NCBI GenBank assembly: GCA_016183565.1
Contig: JACPEJ010000004.1
Location: forward strand, 41,178-105,177
Length of the DNA: 64,000 nucleotides
Direction: 5' to 3'
Source: Candidatus Blackburnbacteria bacterium
Lineage (GTDB): Bacteria > Patescibacteriota > Microgenomatia > UBA8517 > UBA10165
Under the pieces are notes generated by a model. That model searched no databases. It was not told where the DNA came from and saw nothing but the letters and a program-made list of their open reading frames with translations. Positions 38,129-46,605 of this stretch are shown here, piece by piece; position 1 is the stretch's first letter, and every line of letters begins with the position of its first letter. A program made the position numbers and the translations under genes.

Positions 38129-40198
38129 TTATGCTATACTCTTGGGCTGTTCTGGATTCCCTGGTTTTCTCCAAGAAGCCCACTTACATTTTGGATAGAG
38201 GGAACAACCGAAGAATCTTTTTCCTTTGCGTGTTTTTCTTGCTACAACTTCGCCTTTGCTGCAGTCAGGGCATTTTATCCCTAATTCTTCAATATAAGGG
38301 GCTGTCCAATCGCATTCAGGAAAACTTGAGCAAGATAAAAACTTCCCAAATCTTCCAACCCTTACAACCTGTTCTCCAACTTTGCATTTAGGACATTTAT
38401 CCCCTGTTTTTTCTACCTCAACATGTACTCTTTTTGCTGTTTTTTCTGTACTCTCCACCTTACTTTCAAATGGTTTCCAAAATTCGGAAATTATCGGTAC
38501 CCATTGCTTTTCGCCGTTTGCTATCTCGTCGAGATCATCTTCCATTCGGGCTGTGAATTTGTAGTCAACTATGTTGGGGAAATATTTGAATAAAAAGTCG
38601 TTAACAGCTATACCCAAAACAGTTGGAGAGAACTTTCCTTCTGTTTTTTCAACATACTGTCTTGTTTGAATTGTGGAGATAGTAGGCGCATAAGTTGATG
38701 GTCTGCCGATTCCTAGTTTTTCCAGTGTTTTGATAAGACTTGCTTCTGTGTATCTTGGAGGTGGTTGGGTGAACTTTTGTTGTGGATCCACTTTAACCAA
38801 TTGAAGAACCTCATCCTTTTCCACTTCAGGCAATTGAACAGACTCTTCTTCTACTTCCAGTTTGCCGTAAACTACCCTCCAGCCGGAAAACTTCATAATT
38901 TGCCCAGTAGCCGTTAATAAGTAACGGTTAGCTATGGAACTATCTTGCTTTATAGCTTCTACTTTTATGGTCGTCTCGTCAAAAACACTATCTGTCATTT
39001 GGCAGGCAACAAACCTCCTCCAAATAAGCCCGTACAGCTTTTCTGCATCGCTTCCTAATTCTTTTGAAAATTGCCTGCCCGCCAATTGCTTCGCTGCTAG
39101 GCGATAGCAGGCGGGAAAATTGAAAATTGAAAATTTGGCCACGTCAGTTGGCCTTACGGCCTCATGTGCTTCTTGCGCAAGTTTGTTTGAGGTTTTATAG
39201 AATTTTGGTTTTTCAGGCAAAAATTCTTTGCCATATTTTTTTTCAATGAAAGTACGTACAGACGAGACAGCTTCAGATGATAAATTCAAAGAATCTGTTC
39301 TGTGGTAAGTTATCAAGCCTTCTTCGTAAAGTTTTTGGGCAACTGACATTGTTTTTTTTGCGGACCAAAAGTAGGTTCTTGAGGCGGCTTGGGCCATAGT
39401 AGATGTTGTAAATGGCGCGGGGGCTCTCTTGTGAACTTCTTTTCTTTCGATGTCGGAGACTATATATTCGGCTTTGTGAAGATCGGATACCACTCCATCT
39501 GCTTGTTCCTTGTTTTTAACCTCCGCCTTTTTGTCATCTATTTTTACAAGTTTAACTATAAATTCTTCATTTTTGACTTTTGACTTTTGACTTTTGACTT
39601 GACAATATATCTCCCAATATTCCTCAGACTTGAAAGCCTCTATTTCTCTCTCTCGCTCGACTATTAATTTTACTGTAACGCTTTGAACACGGCCGGCTGA
39701 TAAACCTCTTCTTACTTTTCTCCAAAGAAGGGGTGAAAGTTTGTATCCAACAAGTCTATCTAAAACTCGTCTTGCTTGCTGGGCATGATAAAGTTTGAGG
39801 TCAACGTCTCGAGGGTTTTCTAAAGCATGTTTAACAGCTCCTTCTGTGATCTCGTGAAAAACCACCCTGTAGAATTTTGAATTTTGAATTTTGAATTTTG
39901 AACTTGAGCTTACCACGTCCTTGACGTGGTAAGCGATTGCTTCTCCTTCGCGGTCAGGATCTGTGGCAAGGTATATTTTTGAAGCTTGCTTTGCTTCTTG
40001 TTTAATCTTCCCGACTATGTCCTTTTTCTTGGTAACTAAGACATATTCAGGTTCAAAATTATGTTCTATATCAACACCCATTTTGCTTTTTGGCAAATCC
40101 ATAACATGCCCCATTGTGGGTTCAACCACGTATTCCTGCCCCAGGAAGCGACCTAGGGTACGCGCTTTGGTTGGTGATTCAACGATAATTAGATTCAT
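38129..40198 (-). CDS. topA: DNA topoisomerase I
   Basis: Toprim MNLIIVESPTKARTL; DPDREGEAIA; catalytic Tyr domain; C-terminal zinc ribbons CPKCKVGE.../CPDCSKGE. Confidence 0.9.
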   Translation of the reverse strand: MNLIIVESPTKARTLGRFLGQEYVVEPTMGHVMDLPKSKMGVDIEHNFEPEYVLVTKKKDIVGKIKQEAKQASKIYLATDPDREGEAIAYHVKDVVSSSSKFKIQNSKFYRVVFHEITEGAVKHALENPRDVDLKLYHAQQARRVLDRLVGYKLSPLLWRKVRRGLSAGRVQSVTVKLIVEREREIEAFKSEEYWEIYCQVKSQKSKVKNEEFIVKLVKIDDKKAEVKNKEQADGVVSDLHKAEYIVSDIERKEVHKRAPAPFTTSTMAQAASRTYFWSAKKTMSVAQKLYEEGLITYHRTDSLNLSSEAVSSVRTFIEKKYGKEFLPEKPKFYKTSNKLAQEAHEAVRPTDVAKFSIFNFPACYRLAAKQLAGRQFSKELGSDAEKLYGLIWRRFVACQMTDSVFDETTIKVEAIKQDSSIANRYLLTATGQIMKFSGWRVVYGKLEVEEESVQLPEVEKDEVLQLVKVDPQQKFTQPPPRYTEASLIKTLEKLGIGRPSTYAPTISTIQTRQYVEKTEGKFSPTVLGIAVNDFLFKYFPNIVDYKFTARMEDDLDEIANGEKQWVPIISEFWKPFESKVESTEKTAKRVHVEVEKTGDKCPKCKVGEQVVRVGRFGKFLSCSSFPECDWTAPYIEELGIKCPDCSKGEVVARKTRKGKRFFGCSLYPKCKWASWRKPGNPEQPKSIA
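39571..39603. repeat. tandem heptamer (ttttgac)x4 inside topA
   Basis: ttttgacttttgacttttgacttttgacttgac; encodes in-frame VKSQKSKVKN. Confidence 0.6.
39872..39903. repeat. tandem heptamer (gaatttt)x4 inside topA
   Basis: gaattttgaattttgaattttgaattttgaac; encodes in-frame SSSKFKIQNSKF. Confidence 0.6.
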
Positions 40199-40263
40199 AT
40201 AAGTCTAAGTCTAAGTTCAAGTCTAGGAAGGAAAACTCCTAAACTTAGACTTAGACTGTCATC

Positions 40264-41373
40264 TTAGACCTTTCTATACTCTCCTCCAACATTCTTAACC
40301 ATACCTTTCAATTCCATACTAGTCAATGTTCCCAAGACAATGCCCACGTCTAAACCACTTATTCTAACAATGCTGTCAACATCTAACCCCTCTCTCTCCA
40401 GTAGGCTTAACAGCTTCTCTTCCTCTTTTGTCTCTGGCAAGGTTTTCTTTGATTCATAATTCTTTATCCTTGATTCTATCTTGAGTTCCTCTAATATGTC
40501 TTCAGCTCTTTCTACAAGTTTTGCTCCTTGTTTGATTAATAAATTTGGGGCTTGAGACAAAATAGAAGTAATGGGCCCTGGAACTGCAAAAACATCTCTT
40601 CCCTGACGGGCTGCACAGGATGCTGTTAAAAGTGTTCCTGATTTTGCTGTTCCTTCGATAACAAGAACTGCTAAAGACATGCCTGATACGATTCTGTTTC
40701 TATAAGGAAAATTTTGAGGGAGAGCAGGGTACCCAAGAGGGTATTCTGAGATTATTGTGCCATTTTTGCTCTCGAGCATGCGCCGGGCGAGCAGTCTATT
40801 TGAGGGAGGATAAATAGTATCAAGACCATTCCCTAAAACCGCGATTGTCGAGCCCTTACAATCTACAGCAGTTTTGTGGGCGATTGCATCAATGCCTAGT
40901 GCTAAGCCGGAAACTATGGTCACTCCGGCATCTACAAGTCCTGCCACTAGTCTTTCTGTAACATCTTTCCCATAGGAGGTTGCTTTTCTCGAGCCGACAA
41001 CCGCAACTGCCACCTCTGAAATTTCTGCTAGATTAGCCTTGCAAGGCGTCCCCTTGCAAGACTGGCGAGCGTAAAGGAGGTATGGGGTATCGTCAATTTC
41101 TTTTAACCTAGCTGGATATTCTTCGTCGTCCTTCAGGATTACATCGATCCCTAATTTCTCCAGAGAGTTCAAGTACAAGTCTAAGTCTAAGTTGCTTCTG
41201 TGCTCCTTTAACTTTGCCACTAAACTTGGACTCAGACCGATTTCTGTAAGCTGTTTTATCGGAGCTTCCCAAGCTTTCTCTGCACTTCCAAAGTACTCAA
41301 CTAAAAGCTTTATGTGCGCTGGGCCAAAAGGGACAAAAGTACTCCAAGCAATCCAGGCTTCTTTCTCGGTCAT
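40264..41373 (-). CDS. dprA: DNA processing protein DprA/Smf
   Basis: VAVVGSRKATSYG ... LGIDAIAHK ... FPYRNRIVSG Rossmann-like DprA core. Confidence 0.85.
   Translation of the reverse strand: MTEKEAWIAWSTFVPFGPAHIKLLVEYFGSAEKAWEAPIKQLTEIGLSPSLVAKLKEHRSNLDLDLYLNSLEKLGIDVILKDDEEYPARLKEIDDTPYLLYARQSCKGTPCKANLAEISEVAVAVVGSRKATSYGKDVTERLVAGLVDAGVTIVSGLALGIDAIAHKTAVDCKGSTIAVLGNGLDTIYPPSNRLLARRMLESKNGTIISEYPLGYPALPQNFPYRNRIVSGMSLAVLVIEGTAKSGTLLTASCAARQGRDVFAVPGPITSILSQAPNLLIKQGAKLVERAEDILEELKIESRIKNYESKKTLPETKEEEKLLSLLEREGLDVDSIVRISGLDVGIVLGTLTSMELKGMVKNVGGEYRKV
41034..41062. repeat. palindromic (ccttgcaagg)x2 element inside dprA (inverted orientation)
   Basis: agccttgcaaggcgtccccttgcaagact; encodes in-frame KGTPCKANLA. 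Confidence 0.7.
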
Positions 41374-41619
41374 ACTTTGACATTACCACAATCTGCTGTT
41401 GGTGGTATACTGAGTTTGTGGGGCTGAAGGTATCTTTTACAGAGAACCAGCTTAAGATGCTTGCGGTTGTTGCAGCAGATGCTGGCCAGGTGTTCTTTGC
41501 GATAACAGTGGTTCCTTTTTTAATCAGTCCCAGCCAGACGAGTCTGTTGGCATTCTTTTTTGGGATATCACTCACATTAGCTTGTTGGGTAGCCAGCTTA
41601 ATATTAACAAAGTAAAATC

Positions 41620-41769
41620 ATGATCACACCAGAGTCTATTAACCAGGGACTAATGATATTCTATTTAACCGGAGCCATATTACTTCTTGCCATGGCAATC
41701 CTCGTATATCCAACTCTCCGAGAGCGCGAGCGCGCAAGAAGGACAAAAAAGAAACAACCTCGCAAGTAG
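41620..41769 (+). CDS. possible small membrane protein (49 aa)
   Basis: MITPESINQGLMIFYLTGAILLLAMAILVYPTLRERERARRTKKKQPRK; one TM helix plus basic tail; below the ORF-track cutoff. Confidence 0.25.
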   Translation: MITPESINQGLMIFYLTGAILLLAMAILVYPTLRERERARRTKKKQPRK

Positions 41770-41937
41770 CTCTTCTGTAACTATTTTTTGACTATAGGTT
41801 GACTTTGGGGGTATTTTATGGTAAGATTAACCACTTTGACAAACCGCAAAACAAGGTCTCTGGGCACAGAGAATTCAAACCTTGTTCGGTGTGTCCAAGA
41901 AAGTTAGTTCGCACATCACAAGTGAAGGAGAAAGGTC

Positions 41938-42513
41938 ATGTCTCGACGGCTTGCCATTGGGGTGTTTGCACTCGTATGCGCTGCTGTTGTCTGGGTTCTC
42001 GGCGGCTGGGTGATACAATTGGTCGATTGGGGCCTTCCGTCCACCCCGCCGGCGGTTCGGGTCGAGATCTATCGACACTTCCCGGAGCGTGGGATGATCG
42101 GAGATGTCAAGAGCCGAACAACAGTAAGGCCAGGTGAAGCAATCGTGGACGTTGTTCGCTTCACAAACACTGGCAAGTGGGTAAGCCACTTTGACACAAC
42201 TGTGGTCTTTCTTGATTGGGTGCTAAACATCTCGGGTCCGTACAGTTTGCCCGAGGGTTGGTGGCAACGAGGGCCGCATGAGCCAACGGCCTTTCCCATG
42301 CATCGGCTGCGATATGAACCCGTAGGTGGGATTCCCACCGGTGCACAGTCAGAGGTAGTCTTCAGCTATAGAGTCAACGATCAGCTGGGAACTACGTTGT
42401 GGGTGCCACTTGAAGTGCGCACAATGGTTATGATGACAACCGACGGCGGTCGTCGAGTCTTATCTTCACATGAGATAAGCTCGAGAGTGGTGTTGCCTAA
42501 TGGTCAACAGTAG
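41938..42513 (+). CDS. hypothetical secreted protein in GC-rich island
   Basis: 191-aa ORF with signal-like N-terminus; local GC clearly higher than flanks. Confidence 0.45.
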   Translation: MSRRLAIGVFALVCAAVVWVLGGWVIQLVDWGLPSTPPAVRVEIYRHFPERGMIGDVKSRTTVRPGEAIVDVVRFTNTGKWVSHFDTTVVFLDWVLNISGPYSLPEGWWQRGPHEPTAFPMHRLRYEPVGGIPTGAQSEVVFSYRVNDQLGTTLWVPLEVRTMVMMTTDGGRRVLSSHEISSRVVLPNGQQ

Positions 42514-42704
42514 ACCGATCTTTATGATATCGAGCACTTGAGACTTGCCAGAGCAACAACCGACCTCTTCCGTATCGCCGTTACTACCGCCTTGCTAAGG
42601 TGTTCGATATAGGCTACTGGCCTAATTTGACACTGACCCAGGCGGTTCTTTTTTTGCGTTGAGTTACCTGCCTTATCTTCGCACTCGTCTTCTACTCGTC
42701 TTCT

Positions 42705-42729
42705 AGCCTCGCAAGGTGAGACCTTGTGA
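42705..42729. repeat. palindromic cgcaagg element (variant copy)
   Basis: agcctcgcaaggtgagaccttgtga. Confidence 0.55.
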
Positions 42730-42820
42730 ACGTAAACCACAAAGAAGCCGCCTCTTAAGGAATGTCCCACATGGGAAACAAACCCGCTAAGGCGGCAAGA
42801 ACAAAATCGGAGCTATGCAG

Positions 42821-43183
42821 CTACGGACGCATCAGCCATTGCGCCGCAGCCCGCTTGTCGGAGGGGGACTTTAGGACAACAGGTCCGTCGGAGGTTGTCG
42901 TCAACCGGAGCTTTTGGAGCTGTGCCATTCCTGGGTAGTGACCATCTAACATCCAGCCTTGCTCCGTGATGATCTCAAGGACCTCTCGCCGCTCTTCTCC
43001 CTGTAAGCCCGCTGAGTTGACCCTCATTATAAGGGTTTCGTAGGTCCTTCTGAGATCCTCCGCGTACTTGTCAGAGATACGTAACAACGCCTTGCTTTCA
43101 TCGGACAACGGCCGATTCAACACAAGCAGAGCTGCGTCAGAGTAAAGCCCAGCACGAGTGCGTACCGTTGTGTTGACAGGCAT
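42821..43183 (-). CDS. hypothetical protein in GC-rich island
   Basis: 120-aa ORF; no known motif. Confidence 0.35.
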   Translation of the reverse strand: MPVNTTVRTRAGLYSDAALLVLNRPLSDESKALLRISDKYAEDLRRTYETLIMRVNSAGLQGEERREVLEIITEQGWMLDGHYPGMAQLQKLRLTTTSDGPVVLKSPSDKRAAAQWLMRP

Positions 43184-43333
43184 GATCCCTCCGTTTTAGT
43201 TGTGATGTGCGGATTGGCTCCACCCATTGCTCAATCAGGGTAGGCAATCCTAGTCAGAAGTATAACACACGGCTGAACACAAACGCAATTGGCTATAGGA
43301 TAAATATTTAATTTATCTTTTATCTATCTAGAT

Positions 43334-43385
43334 CCCGATGTGCAAAGCTATTCCACTCCCGATGTGGAATACGTTGGCACATCGG
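43334..43385. repeat. nested-hairpin repeat element, copy B
   Basis: cccgatgtgcaaagctattccactcccgatgtggaatacgttggcacatcgg; flanked by tatctatcta-type low-complexity repeats. Confidence 0.7.
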
Positions 43386-43411
43386 TATGTCTCATCGGTA
43401 TGTCTATCTGT

Positions 43412-45190
43412 CTATCTATTCTCAAGCCATTCTTCTAACACCTTCCTCACAACCGGTGCTGCGACGCTGGACCCTTCTCCCCCTTCTTCGAGAATGGCGG
43501 TAAGAACAATATCCGGATTTTGGGAAGGTGCAAATGAAGTTAGCCAGGCATGTGTTTTGTCAGCTTTAAATTGGGCAGTGCCAGTTTTGCAGGCAACTCT
43601 TCCAGGAGGCTCGACGGAAACTTCAAGGTCAAAAAGAGGAAAAGCAGTTCCTCCGGGGCTACATACTCCTACCATTCCTTCAGTAATTAACTCCATGGTT
43701 TCTTTCTTGAGCCCAATATCTTTACATCCCTGTGCTATTTGTACTACATGTGGTTTGCACAACTTTCCACCGTTTGCGATAACACTAGTCATGTTAACAA
43801 TCTGAACTGGTGTTGCGGTCATATCCCCTTGCCCTATTGCCATATGGTAAGTATTTCCTAAAAACCACTTCTCTTTTTTTATTTTCTCTTTCCACTCTGG
43901 ATTTGGGACAAGGCCAGAGACTTCGCCAGGGAGATCGATACCACTCGGCCTACCCAGCCCGAACTTTTCCGCCCACTCTGATAGTTTGTTAACCCCCAAC
44001 TCCCCACCAATATAATAAAAGAAAGTGTCGGTTGAGCGAGTTAGTGCACGAACAACATTGATTAATCCTTCAGTCTTGCCGTATTGAGTAAAATACCAGT
44101 TCTTGTAGTTAAACTTTCCAACAGTTACAACTCCTTCGTCTTTATATTCAAAGTCTTTGTCAATTTTCCCTTCCTCTAGTGCCCCGCTTGCTGTAACAAT
44201 TTTGAAAGTTGAGCCAGGGTGATATGCTCCCCCTATCGCACGATTGAAAAGAGGCAGGTTTGCATCTTTGGCTAAGGAGGGATAGTTTTGCGAAATTTTG
44301 TTTGGATCAAATGAAGGAACGGAGACCATGGCCTGGAGTTCACCGTTTGCCGGATTTTGGGCAACAAGGGCTCCTTTGGCGACAGTTCCACCTTCCCAAC
44401 CAGGTTTGCCTCCGGAAGATCGAGCTAAAGAGGGCGCAGAAACCAGAGCCTGATATGCTGATTCTTGGATGTTTTTGTCTATTGTCAATGTTATATTGTT
44501 ACCCGGAACAGGTTCGCGCCTCCCCATTTTCCGAATAATCTTCCCTCTTGAGTCAACTTCAATTAGCTCTTCCCCGTTTATGCCGCGTAAAATACAATCA
44601 TATTGTGCCTCGATTCCCATGCGACCTATTGCATCACCGAGTTGGAGAGGATAGGTTGTAGTACAAGCTGGACTGCCAACCTCGTCCGCAGAAGCTTCGT
44701 TGACATACCCAACCAAGTGTGCCGAGGCCATTCTCAAGGGGTATTCTCGCTCTATGTCGACAATAATGCGGGAGGCTTGTTCGGAATCTGAGGCCTGAAT
44801 TTTTAATGCCTCTTCTCGTGAGATTTTTTGAGTTTCAGTAACGACTCCTCCTTTGGAGAAAGTAGCAAGTTTGTAAACTGGTAAATTTCGGGCTAAGGCA
44901 GCTCCATTTTTGTCCAAAATTTCGCCTCTGGAGGCTTTTAGGGGGATTCTTCTTATTCTATTTCCTTCGGCTAATGCGCGGAAGTAGGAGCCGCGGATTA
45001 TTTGGAGGTCGATAATTCTTGCAATACCGATAAGCCAAAAAACAATTAGAAAGCATAAAAATAATACCCAACGAGGAGATTGCACTTCCGGAAGGTGATA
45101 TGAAGAACCAACCTTGAATGAAATCCCTTCTCCGAATGCTCTTTTGACATTTTGAGTAATAAGAGGATTCTTTCGTTTCATTTTGGTCAT
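43412..45190 (-). CDS. mrdA: penicillin-binding protein 2 (peptidoglycan D,D-transpeptidase)
   Basis: SxxK GSTFKIVT; KTGTA box ACKTGTAQF; N-terminal TM; upstream of mreD/mreC. Confidence 0.85.
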   Translation of the reverse strand: MTKMKRKNPLITQNVKRAFGEGISFKVGSSYHLPEVQSPRWVLFLCFLIVFWLIGIARIIDLQIIRGSYFRALAEGNRIRRIPLKASRGEILDKNGAALARNLPVYKLATFSKGGVVTETQKISREEALKIQASDSEQASRIIVDIEREYPLRMASAHLVGYVNEASADEVGSPACTTTYPLQLGDAIGRMGIEAQYDCILRGINGEELIEVDSRGKIIRKMGRREPVPGNNITLTIDKNIQESAYQALVSAPSLARSSGGKPGWEGGTVAKGALVAQNPANGELQAMVSVPSFDPNKISQNYPSLAKDANLPLFNRAIGGAYHPGSTFKIVTASGALEEGKIDKDFEYKDEGVVTVGKFNYKNWYFTQYGKTEGLINVVRALTRSTDTFFYYIGGELGVNKLSEWAEKFGLGRPSGIDLPGEVSGLVPNPEWKEKIKKEKWFLGNTYHMAIGQGDMTATPVQIVNMTSVIANGGKLCKPHVVQIAQGCKDIGLKKETMELITEGMVGVCSPGGTAFPLFDLEVSVEPPGRVACKTGTAQFKADKTHAWLTSFAPSQNPDIVLTAILEEGGEGSSVAAPVVRKVLEEWLENR

Positions 45191-45191
45191 G

Positions 45192-45626
45192 CTACACCTT
45201 ATATCCAACCACATGGTGTCTTGAGATGTATTTAAAAAACAAAAAGGAGAGAAAACCAATAGTCAAAGTAGACCAAAAGTAGAACTCTCCAAAGACAACT
45301 TTTGCCCGTAAAAGATTTGACAAGACAACTAGACTTCCTAAAAAAAATGGGTTTTTGGAAAAGAACTCTTTTTTGGTCGATGTCCAAAACAGTAAAACCC
45401 CAAAAAATAAAATCGGGGTTAGTCCTAATTTTGTCCCTTGGATAAGATCAAAAGTAAACGAAAGCCCGAACACAAGAAAAAGAGTTTTGCTGGACACAAA
45501 TTCTTTACTGTGGTTTATAGAAAGAAAGATTAATACCAGCAAAAATCCTTCCAAAAATACTGGAGGCAGAAGAGGGCCTTGAACAAGGGAAAAGATTGTG
45601 GCTAATAACAGAACTATGTGTGAACT
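45192..45626 (-). CDS. mreD: rod shape-determining protein MreD
   Basis: small polytopic membrane protein placed between mreC and the PBP2 gene. Confidence 0.55.
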   Translation of the reverse strand, partial: SSHIVLLLATIFSLVQGPLLPPVFLEGFLLVLIFLSINHSKEFVSSKTLFLVFGLSFTFDLIQGTKLGLTPILFFGVLLFWTSTKKEFFSKNPFFLGSLVVLSNLLRAKVVFGEFYFWSTLTIGFLSFLFFKYISRHHVVGYKV

Positions 45627-45628
45627 CA

Positions 45629-45765
45629 TAAATTTAAAATTTTCATTTTTCAATTTACGCGCATCGCCTTGTTACACAAGTCGGCAATCAAGTATCAATT
45701 ACTAAATTTTCAATGAAAATTCAATAAAAATTGTAAATTAAAAATTAAAAATTACTTAGTATTTT
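45629..45765. repeat. AT-rich palindromic intergenic element
   Basis: aatttaaaattttcatttttcaattt ... aaattttcaatgaaaattcaataaaaattgtaaattaaaaattaaaaatt. Confidence 0.65.
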
Positions 45766-46565
45766 GTCACAAAGAAAACTGTGTCAAGTGCATTTACGTT
45801 TGTTGCCAATTCCATCTCCGCTTGCTGCCAAGCACCGTCTTTTACTGGCAAAACGCGTGTTATAACCCCGAGCAAAAGCCCAGCGGGAAATGCACCGTCT
45901 TCGTTAGTTAAAATTAAATCCCCTTTTTTTAGTGTTTCTTTTGTTAAAACTTGGTCAAGAATAACTTTTCCTCCACGACCCAAGGCAAGACCTACGGCCG
46001 TTAGTTGCCCGTTGTTTTTATCACGGACAACAACAGGAATTTTAGAAAGATCGGATGTGGGTAAGATAATTTTAATTTTGCGTCCTACTTTCTCCTCTGT
46101 AAATCCTACAAAAACTCCACCTTGCTTTACCTTGTCGTCTGTTGTAATAACAGCGGTATTGGAAGAGGGTGTGTAATCACTTGTTACTTGTAAAATATCC
46201 CCGGATGAGGAAACAACATTAGCAAGCTCAAACATCCAAGAAGGTGGCAAACTTGCTCCTAGGAGTTTTCTTAATCGCGCATTTTCTTTTTCAAGACTCC
46301 CAAGCTTCGCAAGCTGGGAAGATAGAAACGCATTCCTTACCTCAGCCTCCTCAGCTTTTTTCTCCAACTCACCTGATGAAACGAGAAAGACATTCGGAGC
46401 AATAGATTTCTTGGTTTTAAACAAGCGTGTATCGAGGGGAATTGTAAGTGCTTGAACTAAATTATGGATAGGGGTAAGAAATCCTCGTAGATCTAAGAAA
46501 AAAAGGAGGCTTGAACAAACGAGGTACAAGATGAGTGTTCGCCCAGATTTCTCAAGACCAAGCAT
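45756..46565 (-). CDS. mreC: rod shape-determining protein MreC
   Basis: N-terminal TM, coiled coil (LEKENARLRKLLG), C-terminal beta domains. Confidence 0.75.
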   Translation of the reverse strand: MLGLEKSGRTLILYLVCSSLLFFLDLRGFLTPIHNLVQALTIPLDTRLFKTKKSIAPNVFLVSSGELEKKAEEAEVRNAFLSSQLAKLGSLEKENARLRKLLGASLPPSWMFELANVVSSSGDILQVTSDYTPSSNTAVITTDDKVKQGGVFVGFTEEKVGRKIKIILPTSDLSKIPVVVRDKNNGQLTAVGLALGRGGKVILDQVLTKETLKKGDLILTNEDGAFPAGLLLGVITRVLPVKDGAWQQAEMELATNVNALDTVFFVTKY

Positions 46566-46605
46566 GTTTGCATTTTACCATGTAAATAACATGGTAATAT
46601 GAAGT

